Source: Bacteroidia bacterium (GTDB lineage Bacteria; Bacteroidota; Bacteroidia; UKL13-3). Taken from it: a stretch of 64,000 nucleotides of DNA. Of the stretch, positions 7,308-18,500 are shown in pieces. The stretch is taken from assembly GCA_044370475.1 (NCBI GenBank), contig JBILVK010000004.1, forward strand, positions 4,596-68,595, given 5' to 3'. How positions within the stretch are numbered: position 1 is the stretch's first letter; every line of letters starts with the position of its first letter. The notes beneath the pieces are model-generated. The model made no database searches, was not told the origin of the DNA, and saw only the letters and a program-made list of their open reading frames with translations. A program made the translations under genes and the position numbers.

Positions 7308-10259
7308 TTATTTAGAGTCCTTATTTTTCTTATCAAAATCAACTACGATAGGAGTAGCGATACCGATAGAAGAGTAGGTACCAAAGAAAATACCAACTAA
7401 TAAAGCAAAGGTAAATCCTTTAATTACTTCGCCACCAAAGAAGAACAATACCAATGCCACCATAAATACGGTTAAAGAGGTAATGATGGTTCTGTTTAAA
7501 GTATTATTCAATGCATTATTGATAATTAATTTCTTGTTGGTTTCGTGGTGATGCGTACCTAAGAACTCACGAATACGGTCGAACACAACCACCGTGTCAT
7601 TGATAGAGAAACCGATGATGGTAAGAATTGCCGCGATAAAGTTTTGATCTACCTCCATAGCAAATGGCAATACACCATCAAGCAATGAATAGAAACTTAA
7701 CATCATCAAAACGTCATGCGCCAAAGCGATGGTAGCACCTAATGCATATTGCCATTTTTTGAAACGAACCAATACGTATAATGAAATACCCAATAGTGCA
7801 ATGATAGCTGCCCAAATAGAGGCAATTTTAATATCGTTTGCAATGGTTGGTCCAACACGGTTAGAGCTTAAAATTTCAAATTTTTGGTTCATACCATTTA
7901 AACCTTCGTTCAATTTTGCTTCTACTTTTTCTGCAGCTTCGGCACTTTGATCATCGATTAAATAGGTAGTTGTAATTTTAAATTTATTGTCTGAACCAAC
8001 TGTTTTAACTTCTGGTGCGTTACCGAAAGAAGCAGTTAAGCCTTCACGAATTTGATCATTGGTAACCTTCTCGCTTAATTGAACAGTGTAAGTCCAACCA
8101 CCTTTAAAATCTACCCCTAAGGTAAATCCTTTGGTGAACATAGAGATTAAACCAATAACGATAATGAAACCAGAAAGACCATAGAACTTGAAACGATTTT
8201 TGATAAAATCGAAGTTTAAGTTATGGAATGCTTTTTCTGAGAATGCACGAGAGTATTTTACAATGGTACCTTTATCTAATTGCCATTCTGTAATTACACG
8301 AGTTAATAATACTGCAGTAAACATTGAAGAGATAATACCAATGATTAAGGTAATAGCAAAACCTTGTACTGGACCAGTTCCAAAAGTGTAAAGAACAAAA
8401 CCAGCTAATAAGGTTGTTAAGTTTGAATCTATAATAGAAGATGCAGCATGTTGGTATCCGTCTGTGATGGCATTTTTAAGACTTCTTGCCCCGGCCAGTT
8501 CATCCTTTACACGCTCGTTAATAAGAACGTTTGCATCTACCGCCATACCTATGGTTAAAACGATACCGGCAATACCTGGTAAAGTTAAAGCAGCACCTAA
8601 GCTAGCAAGTACACCTATGATAAAGAATACGTTTATTAATACAGCAAAATCTGCTACATAACCAGAGTTGTTATAATAAACAACCATGAATACAAGGATC
8701 ACAATAGTTGCAATAACCATACTCCACATACCCGCGCTAATTGCTTCAGCACCCAAAGTTGGTCCAACTACTGCCTCTTCTACAATACGTGTAGGAGCAG
8801 GTAATTTACCACTCTTTAAGATGTTTGCTAAGTCGCCCGCCTCCTCATTGGTAAAGCTACCAGAGATAGATGAGCGTCCGTTAGGAATTTCAGATTGTAC
8901 ATTAGGTGAAGAGTAAACCACATCATCTAAAACGATTGCCACTGAGTGACCGATATTATTTTTAGTTAAGTTTTTCCAGATTTTGGCACCATCACCATTC
9001 ATGGTCATAGAAACTTCAACAGAACCTGTTTGAGAAATATCTCTTCTTGCATCGGTAACTTTATCACCGGTTAAAGAAGCAGAACCATCTCTTGATGTTT
9101 TTAATCCGTGTAAGATTACACCTTGTTGATTTTCGCCAATGCCTTTGTATTCCCAAGCAAATTTAATGTTACCAGGTAAAGCCATTTTCACTTCTGGGCG
9201 AGCCAACATAGCGTTAATTTTTGCAGTGTCTTTAACAAGTGCGGTACCACAAGAAGAACCTTTTGGTACAAGCATTCCTTTGTCGTCTGCATAAGGTTGT
9301 AAGTAAGCAAACAATGGATTTTCTTTTGCAAACTCTTCGAATGATTTTTCTGCGCTTTTGCTTGCAGTATCTTTTTTGCTAGAATCTGCCACATTGGTTG
9401 CGCTGCTTAAGCCAGCTAAAGCACTTGTTTTGGCAGAGGTATCTGCAGCTGCAGTATCAACTGTAGCAGCAGGTGCAATAAGATTTACTTTTTTCAATAC
9501 ATCATTAGCTGCTGAAATATATTTAAAAGCTTCTGGGTTATCAAAAGTTTCGTAGAACTCAAGTTTAGCAGAACCTTGAAGGAGTTTACGCACACGTGCA
9601 GGATTATCTACACCAGGTAATTCTACTAAAATTCTTCCGCTACCTTCTAATTTTTGGATATTAGGTTGCGTTACACCAAACTTATCGATACGTGCACGTA
9701 AGATTTGGAAAGAACGATCGATGGCTTGGTTAGCTTCTTCGCGAATATAAGTTAACACTTCTTCGTTGGTAGAAGTCAACTTAATTCTATCGCGGTTGCT
9801 AGGGTTTACAAAAATGGCAGATAATTTAGCCTCTGGAGCTACCTCTTGGAATGCTTCTGCAAACAAGGTAACAAAATCCTTTTGACTTGTTTTCTGACGT
9901 TCACGCGCAGTTTCAATTGCTTGATTAAATTTTGGATCAGGGTTATTGTTAGATAAACCCCTCAACAAATCTGCTAATGATACTTCTAGGGTAACATTCA
10001 TACCACCTTGTAAATCGAGACCAAGATTTAGTTCTCTTTCTTTACATTGTAGGTAGGTGAATTTTTTAATTCCTAGAAAATTGTAAACTGGGATCCGCGA
10101 AACTGAATCCAAGTAATTACGTTCTAATTCGGCATTGCCGTTGGCTTGCTCTTTGGCATCCTTTTCAATCATGTAAGTTTTCCATGTGAATGATAACTGG
10201 AAGATACTTACCAGGATCAAAGCGATGGTAAAAAACTTAACTGCTCCTTTGCTTTTCAT
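7308..10259 (-). CDS. secDF: Protein translocase subunit SecDF (fused SecD/SecF)
   Basis: 983 aa. There is an N-terminal TM span, a large periplasmic domain and two sets of six TM segments. SecD-type (LGLDLQGG, ...GPTLG...) and SecF-type blocks are both present. Confidence 0.95.
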   Translation of the reverse strand: MKSKGAVKFFTIALILVSIFQLSFTWKTYMIEKDAKEQANGNAELERNYLDSVSRIPVYNFLGIKKFTYLQCKERELNLGLDLQGGMNVTLEVSLADLLRGLSNNNPDPKFNQAIETARERQKTSQKDFVTLFAEAFQEVAPEAKLSAIFVNPSNRDRIKLTSTNEEVLTYIREEANQAIDRSFQILRARIDKFGVTQPNIQKLEGSGRILVELPGVDNPARVRKLLQGSAKLEFYETFDNPEAFKYISAANDVLKKVNLIAPAATVDTAAADTSAKTSALAGLSSATNVADSSKKDTASKSAEKSFEEFAKENPLFAYLQPYADDKGMLVPKGSSCGTALVKDTAKINAMLARPEVKMALPGNIKFAWEYKGIGENQQGVILHGLKTSRDGSASLTGDKVTDARRDISQTGSVEVSMTMNGDGAKIWKNLTKNNIGHSVAIVLDDVVYSSPNVQSEIPNGRSSISGSFTNEEAGDLANILKSGKLPAPTRIVEEAVVGPTLGAEAISAGMWSMVIATIVILVFMVVYYNNSGYVADFAVLINVFFIIGVLASLGAALTLPGIAGIVLTIGMAVDANVLINERVKDELAGARSLKNAITDGYQHAASSIIDSNLTTLLAGFVLYTFGTGPVQGFAITLIIGIISSMFTAVLLTRVITEWQLDKGTIVKYSRAFSEKAFHNLNFDFIKNRFKFYGLSGFIIVIGLISMFTKGFTLGVDFKGGWTYTVQLSEKVTNDQIREGLTASFGNAPEVKTVGSDNKFKITTTYLIDDQSAEAAEKVEAKLNEGLNGMNQKFEILSSNRVGPTIANDIKIASIWAAIIALLGISLYVLVRFKKWQYALGATIALAHDVLMMLSFYSLLDGVLPFAMEVDQNFIAAILTIIGFSINDTVVVFDRIREFLGTHHHETNKKLIINNALNNTLNRTIITSLTVFMVALVLFFFGGEVIKGFTFALLVGIFFGTYSSIGIATPIVVDFDKKNKDSK

Positions 10260-10543
10260 TGTATATTTCTGATTCTATATTAAAATTCTACTTTTTTGCT
10301 TTGAATTGGGCATGGACAATTTTGGGAATTCAAAACTCCAATAAACAAATTCAAAGGCTGGCAAATATAAGGGGTGATGTGACTAAATGCAAAAAACATT
10401 AAAATAAAAGATTATGAGGGACTTACGTTTTTTTTGCCCATTTTTTTTGAATTTAGGGTGCTCATTTATACAATCTGTGGGTAAGTGAAAGGGGAAAATA
10501 CGATGTGGAGATATAGTTTCGTTAGCTCAATAAATGGGTATTT

Positions 10544-11164
10544 ATGGAAAATCAAGGATTAAGTTTATTTGATATGATATTAAAAGGTGGGGTCATTATG
10601 GTTCCCATCGGAATTTTGTCGATGCTTAGCATTTATTTCATCATTGAACGAGCTGTGTATATCAACAACTCGTTTAAGTTGGAGACAAATTTCATGAACA
10701 ACATCAAAGATTTGTTGGGTAAGGGCGATATTAAAGCTGCTAGGGCTTATTGCCAGCGCATAAACACGCCTATTAGTAGGGTAATAGAAAAGGGAGTAAG
10801 TAGAATTGGTAAGCCAATTAAAGACATAGAAAGTGCCATGGAAAGTGTGGCTGGTTTAGAAACAGATAAGCTAGAAAAGAATTTGGGATTTTTGGGACTT
10901 ACCGCGGGTATAGCTCCCATGTTGGGTTTTATTGGTACTATTTCTGGTATTATCAAGATTTTCTATAATATTTCTGTAAGTGATAATATTAGTATAGGCA
11001 TTATTGCGGGCGGATTGTATGAGAAGATGATTACCTCTGGTGCGGGTTTAATTGTTGGAGTTCTTGCATATGCTGGATACCATCTTTTAAACAGTCGCAT
11101 TGATAGGTTCAGCCATAAGATGCAAGCTACTGCCATAGATTTTATTGATGTGTTGGAGAGTTAA
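10544..11164 (+). CDS. exbB: MotA/TolQ/ExbB proton-channel family protein
   Basis: 206 aa with three TM spans. The conserved block LGFLGLTAGIAPMLGFIGTISGII is present. Confidence 0.85.
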   Translation: MENQGLSLFDMILKGGVIMVPIGILSMLSIYFIIERAVYINNSFKLETNFMNNIKDLLGKGDIKAARAYCQRINTPISRVIEKGVSRIGKPIKDIESAMESVAGLETDKLEKNLGFLGLTAGIAPMLGFIGTISGIIKIFYNISVSDNISIGIIAGGLYEKMITSGAGLIVGVLAYAGYHLLNSRIDRFSHKMQATAIDFIDVLES

Positions 11165-11185
11165 TTGTAAAATTAAGGAGGGAAA

Positions 11186-11587
11186 ATGAATTTTAGAAGA
11201 AAGAAGCGGTTTGAAGCAGAGGTAGCAACCTCTTCGCTAAATGACATCATGTTTTTCTTGTTGTTGTTTTTCCTTATTATTTCAACTGTTGCCAATCCAA
11301 GTGTAATAAAGGTGCTTTTGCCAAAGGCCAACAACAATCAAACCTTAAATAAGAAACAAGTAACGCTTACTATTAATAAGAGTAAGGAGTATTATTTAAA
11401 TGATAAATTAATTGTCCCTGCCAATTTGGAAGAGGCTGTTAAGAAGGAAACAGCAGGGGTTGAAGACCCTACCATTGTATTGCGCATGGACGCAGAATTA
11501 ACCATACAAGATTTGGTAGATATATTGTCAACAGGTACTAAACTAAAAGTACGTGTGGTTATGGCCACACAATCAACTGCAAAGTAA
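11186..11587 (+). CDS. exbD: ExbD/TolR biopolymer transport protein
   Basis: 133 aa. N-terminal basic segment plus TM (LNDIMFFLLLFFLIISTV) and a periplasmic domain. It lies directly downstream of exbB. Confidence 0.85.
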   Translation: MNFRRKKRFEAEVATSSLNDIMFFLLLFFLIISTVANPSVIKVLLPKANNNQTLNKKQVTLTINKSKEYYLNDKLIVPANLEEAVKKETAGVEDPTIVLRMDAELTIQDLVDILSTGTKLKVRVVMATQSTAK

Positions 11588-11594
11588 AATTTAC

Positions 11595-12233
11595 TTAAGA
11601 AGACTGCGCAATGGTTGCTTGTTTGTTGTACAAGTAGTCTGAAATTACCTGCAAGCTATTGTCAAAATGGGTATTGTTGTTAATGATTAAATCTGCCTGA
11701 GCCATAAACGGAAGCAGATATTTTCTGTACGATGGCAGCACGTGATTTTTCCATTGGTACAATACAAAATCTTCGTTGATATTTCTTTCTGCAACATCGC
11801 GCTTTAGCCTTCTTTCTAGGGCTATTTCCTCTTCTGCGCTAATGAATATTTTGAGGTCGAATTGTTTAAAAATGCGTTCGTAGTAAAAAATAAACAAACC
11901 TTCGCACACAATGATAGGAGCAGGTTTAAAAGTAAGTAGCTCCCCTTGCTGGTTTTCATGTTGAAATCGGTATTCGTGGCGATAAATGGTATTTCCTTTG
12001 TGAAGTTTCGATAAATCTTCTGAAAATGCATCTAAATCGACGCATTCGGGCAGATCGAAGTTAATATGACCATTTTCATCTAATTGGTGTTCAAATGATA
12101 GTTTGTAGTAATTATCTTGCGAAATAATACATAATTGGTCTTCAGAAAAGCGCTGTTTAAGAGCGTTTAAAAAAGAGGTTTTGCCACTGGCACTGCCTCC
12201 GGAAATACCTACCAAAAAGGGTTTGTTTTTCAT
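11595..12233 (-). CDS. udk: Uridine kinase
   Basis: P-loop GISGGSASGKTS directly follows the Met at 12233 (MKNKPFLVG...). The ORF-track start at 12281 adds 16 improbable residues. Confidence 0.85.
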   Translation of the reverse strand: MKNKPFLVGISGGSASGKTSFLNALKQRFSEDQLCIISQDNYYKLSFEHQLDENGHINFDLPECVDLDAFSEDLSKLHKGNTIYRHEYRFQHENQQGELLTFKPAPIIVCEGLFIFYYERIFKQFDLKIFISAEEEIALERRLKRDVAERNINEDFVLYQWKNHVLPSYRKYLLPFMAQADLIINNNTHFDNSLQVISDYLYNKQATIAQSS

Positions 12234-12323
12234 TCTGGGGTGTAAAATTAGTATTAATAAATGCCTGAACCAAATTGACACATCAAATAAATTTGCTTAG
12301 AAATCAGAAACTTGCAAAACTCG

Positions 12324-12377
12324 GGAAACTTTTTACACAAAAAAAGTTTCCAATGCCGTTTTGGGGTGATACTTTTG
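12324..12377 (+). promoter_or_regulatory. Candidate TetR operator plus promoter of the efflux operon
   Basis: A perfect 11-bp inverted repeat GGAAACTTTTT-N6-AAAAAGTTTCC spans 12324-12351. The TACTTTTG box (TAnnTTTG, the Bacteroidota -7 consensus) is at 12370-12377, 20 nt before the tetR-family ATG. Confidence 0.45.
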
Positions 12378-12397
12378 TGCACGAAAAAAATATAAGA

Positions 12398-13018
12398 ATG
12401 TCGGAAGAGGTAAAGAAAAAGATTGTTGAAGGCGCCAGTACCTTGTTTTTGAAGTATGGTTTTAAAAGCATAACCATGGATGATATTGCGCGCGAATTGG
12501 GTATTTCAAAGAAAACGCTGTATCAATTTTTTGATGACAAAAACAGTTTGGTTGACCAAACCGTGATGAATCATATTTTGGGTGAGGAGGCAATTTGCTG
12601 CAATTTAAACAAAGAGGTTTCAAATCCATTGGAGAGAATGTTGCTTATAACAGATTCTTTTAGTGATGTTAAAAAGCAAATTAACCAAAGTGTGTTGTTT
12701 GATTTAAAGAAATACTTTAAGCCAACATGGGATAGGTTAAATCACTTTAGAATTGAATTTATTTACAATCAAATTCTCACAAACATTATTGAAGGAAAAG
12801 CTGCAGGATATTACTATGAGGATTTGGAAGCTAGCTTAATTGCCCGGTTTTATATTCACTTAATAGATTTTATGCTCAATCCAGATAATCACACATCCAT
12901 GGACTATGAGATTAAAACCATTCACAATGAAATGATGAAATACCACCTGAGGTCGATATGCACAGACAAGGGTTTAAAGTATTTACACAAGAGTAAAATT
13001 TATCAAAACTTAATTTAA
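12398..13018 (+). CDS. TetR/AcrR-family transcriptional regulator
   Basis: N-terminal HTH: FLKYGFKSITMDDIARELGISKKTLYQFF. I take the first plausible ATG at 12398 (MSEEVKKK...) rather than the track start at 12275. Confidence 0.85.
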   Translation: MSEEVKKKIVEGASTLFLKYGFKSITMDDIARELGISKKTLYQFFDDKNSLVDQTVMNHILGEEAICCNLNKEVSNPLERMLLITDSFSDVKKQINQSVLFDLKKYFKPTWDRLNHFRIEFIYNQILTNIIEGKAAGYYYEDLEASLIARFYIHLIDFMLNPDNHTSMDYEIKTIHNEMMKYHLRSICTDKGLKYLHKSKIYQNLI

Positions 13019-13033
13019 TTATTTAACTATTAT

Positions 13034-14377
13034 ATGAAAATCAAATCAGGCATTGTGCTTATTTATTTGCTGGTATTAGCAAATTTTGTTGGAGCACAAG
13101 AGAATCAGGTTCAGAAATACAGCTTAAAGGAGGCGGTTGACTTTGCAAAGAAGAATAACTACTCCCTTAAGAACAACAAGTTGGACGTAATTGCCAGTCA
13201 GAAGAAGGTGAATGAAGTATTGGCTATGGGTTTGCCGCAGATCAATGCCAGTGCAAACCTGATCAACAATGTTAAAATTCCGGTTCAGGTTGTGCCCAAC
13301 TTTTTGCAACCCGTAATGGGCGGACCAGATAATTTAGAATTAGCATTTTCTCGTCCGTATACCAGTGGAATTACGCTATCAGCTAATCAATTGTTATTTG
13401 ACGGAACATTTATTTTGGGTGTAAAAGCTTCAAAAGAATTTGTGAACTTGGCGCAATTAAATCTTTCGAGAACGCAGATAGAAACCGAGGTAAATGTATC
13501 TAAGGCCTATTACTTGGTGTTGCTATTTGATGCAAATGAACAAATGATGCAAAAAAACATAGTTAGTTTAACTAAAACTAAATCTGATTTGGAGCAATTT
13601 TATAAGAATGGATTTTCAGAAAAAGTAGATGTAGATAGGTTAACACTTCAGTTATCTAATTTGAGTTTACAAAAGGATAAAATTCATGATCAGTTGCAGG
13701 TTGCCAAGATGATATTAAAGTTACAAATGGGTTTGCCTGTTAATGACAGTATTGTGTTATCAGATGGTTTGGAGAAATTGTATGAGGTGTCAAAATCTAT
13801 GGCAATTGAGGAGAAAGCAAATTACAGCACACGTATTGAATACAAGATGTTGCAACAACAATTAACCTTGAACAACATGGATAAAAAGAGGTACCAAGTA
13901 GGTTATTTGCCTTCTTTTTTCTTGTTTGCTAATCACCAACAGAATGCCTTTGGCGATGATTTAGGAGCCTTGTACGACAAGTTTTATCCAGGAACCAGTG
14001 TTGGGTTAAGTATGACACTTCCCATTTTTGATGGATTAAAGAAGCATGCCCAAACGCAGCAAGCAAGAATTGGTATTAGTAAAACAGAGAATGATATCAA
14101 GAATTTTGAGAATGTAATAGATCAACAAGTTTACCAATCTAAAGCAAATTACTTAAGAAGTGGTCAGCAGTTAGAGATACAAAGAGGCAATCTTAAGTTG
14201 GCTCAAGAAATCTATGACAGAATGGATATTAAATATAAAAACGGGGTTGGTTCGAGCCTTGAATTAACTACTGCTCAAACAGATTTAGAAACTGCGAGAA
14301 CAAATTTCCTTACCACTGTGTATGAATATTTTGTTGCTGAAATGGAGCTTAAAAAAGCTTTGGGTTTAATCAATTAA
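13034..14377 (+). CDS. TolC-family outer membrane efflux protein
   Basis: 447 aa with a signal peptide. It has the two-repeat OEP architecture and sits first in the OMF-MFP-RND gene order. Confidence 0.85.
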   Translation: MKIKSGIVLIYLLVLANFVGAQENQVQKYSLKEAVDFAKKNNYSLKNNKLDVIASQKKVNEVLAMGLPQINASANLINNVKIPVQVVPNFLQPVMGGPDNLELAFSRPYTSGITLSANQLLFDGTFILGVKASKEFVNLAQLNLSRTQIETEVNVSKAYYLVLLFDANEQMMQKNIVSLTKTKSDLEQFYKNGFSEKVDVDRLTLQLSNLSLQKDKIHDQLQVAKMILKLQMGLPVNDSIVLSDGLEKLYEVSKSMAIEEKANYSTRIEYKMLQQQLTLNNMDKKRYQVGYLPSFFLFANHQQNAFGDDLGALYDKFYPGTSVGLSMTLPIFDGLKKHAQTQQARIGISKTENDIKNFENVIDQQVYQSKANYLRSGQQLEIQRGNLKLAQEIYDRMDIKYKNGVGSSLELTTAQTDLETARTNFLTTVYEYFVAEMELKKALGLIN

Positions 14378-14404
14378 TAAAAATAATAACAATATATAAA
14401 TCAA

Positions 14405-15544
14405 ATGAAAAGAATTATTAACCGCCTCTCGTTCATCTTTGGATTAGGAATATTAATTTCCTGCGGAGGTTCAAACACCCTAGAGCAAAAGAAGTCTGAG
14501 CTCGAAAAATTAAAGAGCAAGCAGGCCGAAATTGTTTCTCAAATTAAAACAATTGAAGAGGAAATATTGGCCTTAGGTGATAGTGGAAATGCAAGCAATG
14601 AAAAAGTGAAGTATGTTGCTGTAAGCCCTGTAGCCGTTGAGACTTTTGAGCATTTTATTGATGTGCAAGGAAGGGTAGATGGAGACCAGAACACCACCAT
14701 TAGTGCTAGGGCAATGGGACCAGTAACTCGCGTATTGGTTCAGACCGGAGCAAACGTAAAGAAGGACCAAGTATTGGCCGAATTGGATGCAGAAATTGTA
14801 CGTCGCCAAATAGATGATTTAAAGGTAAGCTTGAGTTTTGCAACAGATGTGTATAATAAGCAAAAAGCCTTGTGGGAAAAGCAAGTTGGAACAGAGATTC
14901 AATATTTGAGTGCTAAAAATAACAAAGAAAATTTAGAGCAAAAATTGAATACTTTAATGGAGAATTTGGATATGTATAAGATTAAATCGCCCATTAATGG
15001 AACGATAGATGAAGTGTTCTTGAAAATTGGTCAGAATGTTGCTCCTGGAGTGCCATGTTTTAGGGTAGTAAATAATGGAGTTTTAAAGGCAAAAGCAGAT
15101 GTATCTGAAACCTATGCCAGCATGATAAAGCAAGGTAATGAGGTAAAACTTTTGTTTCCAGATTTAGAGAACAAAGAAATTTCTTCAACCATCCAATTTA
15201 CTTCTAGGGTGATTAGTCAGATGAACCGCACCTTTACCATAGAAGCAAGTTTGCCTGCAAGCAATGATTTTATTCCAAATATGATTTGTGTAATGAAGGT
15301 GAAAGATTACCAATCAAAGAATGCGATAGTGGTGCCGGTAAATACAGTTCAAAGAACCGAGACTGGAACTTTTGTAGTGGTAGCGCAAGTGGTAAATGGC
15401 AAACAAGTTGCTATCAAAAAGGATGTAAAAGTGGGTAAAGTTTACCAAGGAAAAATAGAAATTTTGTCGGGCTTAGCTGTAGGTGATTTAATAATTACAA
15501 CAGGATACCAAGACTTAAACGACAATGAATTTATTAAATTCTAG
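14405..15544 (+). CDS. Efflux RND periplasmic adaptor (MFP) lipoprotein
   Basis: Lipobox-like GILISCGG, a coiled-coil hairpin and HlyD-like beta-barrel segments. Confidence 0.9.
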   Translation: MKRIINRLSFIFGLGILISCGGSNTLEQKKSELEKLKSKQAEIVSQIKTIEEEILALGDSGNASNEKVKYVAVSPVAVETFEHFIDVQGRVDGDQNTTISARAMGPVTRVLVQTGANVKKDQVLAELDAEIVRRQIDDLKVSLSFATDVYNKQKALWEKQVGTEIQYLSAKNNKENLEQKLNTLMENLDMYKIKSPINGTIDEVFLKIGQNVAPGVPCFRVVNNGVLKAKADVSETYASMIKQGNEVKLLFPDLENKEISSTIQFTSRVISQMNRTFTIEASLPASNDFIPNMICVMKVKDYQSKNAIVVPVNTVQRTETGTFVVVAQVVNGKQVAIKKDVKVGKVYQGKIEILSGLAVGDLIITTGYQDLNDNEFIKF

Positions 15545-15570
15545 TTTGAGTTGCTACCTTTAAATCAACT

Positions 15571-18500
15571 ATGAGTATGTTAGATAAAATAAAAGAATTT
15601 AAACCTTCGAGCTGGGCAATAGACAACAAGACCAGCGTATATATAATGACCATTATTATTACGCTTGCGGGTATATTGAGTTATATAAGCTTACCAAAGG
15701 AGCAGTTTCCTGAGGTTGTTTTTCCTCAAATTTTGGTGAATACCATTTATGCGGGAACTGCACCAAAGGATATGGAGAATTTGGTTACCAAGCACATTGA
15801 AAAACAAGTGAAATCTATCAATGGGGTAAAGCAAGTGACCAGTTCTTCTTTGCAGGACTTTTCTATGATTAACATTGAGTTTAATACTGATGTGGATGTG
15901 CCTGTTGCAAAGCAAAGGGTAAAAGATGCTGTAGACAAAGCCCGTAAGGATTTGCCAACAGATTTAACCCGTGAACCTGAAGTTATTGACATTGATGTTT
16001 CTCAAATTCCTATTATGAATGTGCATTTGTCTGGTGATTATCCATTGGATAAATTGAAAGATTATGCAGAGAATGTAAAGGACAGAATTGAGGGCTTGAA
16101 AGAGATTACTCGTTGTGATATTGTAGGTGCATTAGATAGAGAGATACAGATTGATGTTGACATGTACAAGATGCAGGTTGCAGATATTACGATGCGCGAT
16201 ATTGAAAACGCCGTGAAGTATGAGAACATGACCATCTCTGGTGGTCAAATTAGAATGGATGGCATTAAGCGTTCTGTAAATGTAATTGGCCAATATACAG
16301 ATGCCAAAAAGATTGGTGATATCATCATTAGATCTGGCAGTGGAGCAACCATTTATTTGAAAGATATTGCTACCATAACAGATGGCTTTAAAGAGAAAGA
16401 AAGTTATGCGCGTTTAGACCACGAGAATGTGGTTACTTTAAATGTAATCAAGAAAAGTGGTCAGAACTTAATTGATGCCTCTGATCAAATTAAGCAGATT
16501 ACAAAAGACATGCAAGAAAATTCATTGCCAAGTGGATTAAAAGTTACCATTACCGGCGACCAATCTGAGAAGACTAAAGTGACCCTTGATGATTTGATTA
16601 ATACCATCATCATTGGCTTTATTTTGGTAACCTTTATTTTGATGTTTTTTATGGGAACTACCAATGCGATTTTCGTTGCAATGTCTGTGCCACTATCAAT
16701 GTTTATAGCCTTCTTGGTGATGCCAGTAGTTGGCTTTACCTTAAACATGATTGTGTTGTTTTCATTCTTATTGGCCTTAGGAATTGTGGTTGATGATGCC
16801 ATTGTGGTTATTGAAAACACCCATCGAATTTTTGACCATGGCAAGGTGCCCATTGTTAAAGCTGCTAAATCTGCAGCAGGTGAGGTGTTTTTACCTGTAC
16901 TTTCTGGTACCTTAACTACCTTGGCTCCATTTATTCCATTGGCATTTTGGCAAGGTGTAATTGGTAAGTTTATGTTCTATTTACCTATTACTTTAATAGT
17001 CACATTGCTGGCCTCTTTATTGGTTGCATATATTATAAACCCTGTTTTTGCGGTTGATTTTATGAAGCCGCATCACTTAGGTGAGAAGAGAAGAAATATT
17101 ACCAAAGGGTTTAAGATTACCAGCATTGTGTTCGCAGTAATTGTGAGCCTATCCTATATATTCCAAAACTGGGGATTGGGCAATTTGATGTTAACCTTAT
17201 ATGGATTGTATTGCTTAGATAGGTTTGTATTGCATGGCATGATTCAAAAATTCCAAGATGTTACTTGGCCTAATTTCCAAGAAAGATATAAGAAGTTATT
17301 GGTATGGGTATTGCAAGGCTCTAGGCCTATCTGGACATTGGTTGCAACCATTGTATTGCTTTTGTTTTCTATTATATTAACTGGAATAAGAAGTCCAAAA
17401 GTGGTTTTCTTTCCTCAAAGCGACCCTAACTTTGTGTATACCTATATTTCTTTGCCAATTGGTACCGATCAAGTGTATACCGATTCTATCACAAATTTAA
17501 TTGAAAATAGAATTTACAAAGTTGTTGGCGACACGAATCCAATTGTAGAATCAATTATTTCAAACGTGGCTGTTGGTGCCAATAATCCTCAAAGTTTCGA
17601 CTTTAGTGTGAGTCCGCATTTAGGTAAAGTAACTGTTGCATTTGTGCCATTTGGTAAAAGAGATGGCGCCTCAACTGTTGAGTATTTAGATAAGATAAGA
17701 GAGGCTGTAAAGGGAATTCCTGGTGCAGAAGTTACTGTTGAGCAAGAGCAAGGCGGACCACCAACAGGTAAGCCCATTAACATTGAAATTACGGGTGATG
17801 AATTTGAGCAATTAACATTGGTGTCTAGAGATATCAAGAGGTATTTGGATTCATTGGCTATCCCTGGAATTGAGGAGTTAAAATCGGATTTGCAATCTAA
17901 TAAACCAGAAATTGTGATTGAGATTGACCGCGAGAGGGCAAATAGAGAAGGTATTTCTACTGCAGTAATAGGCAAGGAATTGCGTGATGCCATTTTTGGC
18001 GCTGAAGTTTCTAAGTTTAAAGATGCCAGAGATGATTATCCTATTCAATTGAGGTATGCCTTTGACCAAAGAAATAATATCAATGCCTTAATGAATCTTA
18101 AAATCACCTACCGTGATATGAATATGGGTGGTCAGATTAGGCAAATTCCCTTGGCCTCTGTAGCAAAAGTGAGTTATGGAAATACCTTTGGTGGTATAAA
18201 AAGGAAGAATCAAAAGAGAATGGTAACCATTACTTCAAACGTGTTGAGTGGTTATAATGCCAATGAGATTAATGATAAAATCATGAAATCGATTAAGCGT
18301 TATCCATTGCCTCAAGATGTAATGGTAAGTATGACTGGCGAGCAAGAAAAACAAAAAGAAACAGGCAGCTTTTTAGGCAAGGCCATGCTCATTTCATTTG
18401 GTTTGATTTTCTTGATTTTGGTAACTCAGTTTAACTCAATTTCAAAACCTATTATTATTTTCTCTGAAATTTTCTTCAGTATCATAGGCGTATTATTAGG

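Noticed and set aside
7118-7315. 65-aa plus-strand ORF in the ompA/secDF intergenic region
   Set aside because: It covers the secDF terminator hairpin and the presumed ompA promoter region. Its composition is odd (KKKK run) and no motif is present. It is likely spurious.
7729-9555. Several 65-76-aa antisense or alternate-frame ORFs within secDF; similar ones occur within the RND permease, the sensor kinase, recQ and the TBDR
   Set aside because: All are nested in long, motif-supported genes on the other strand or in another frame, and all have low-complexity hydrophobic translations. None has independent support.
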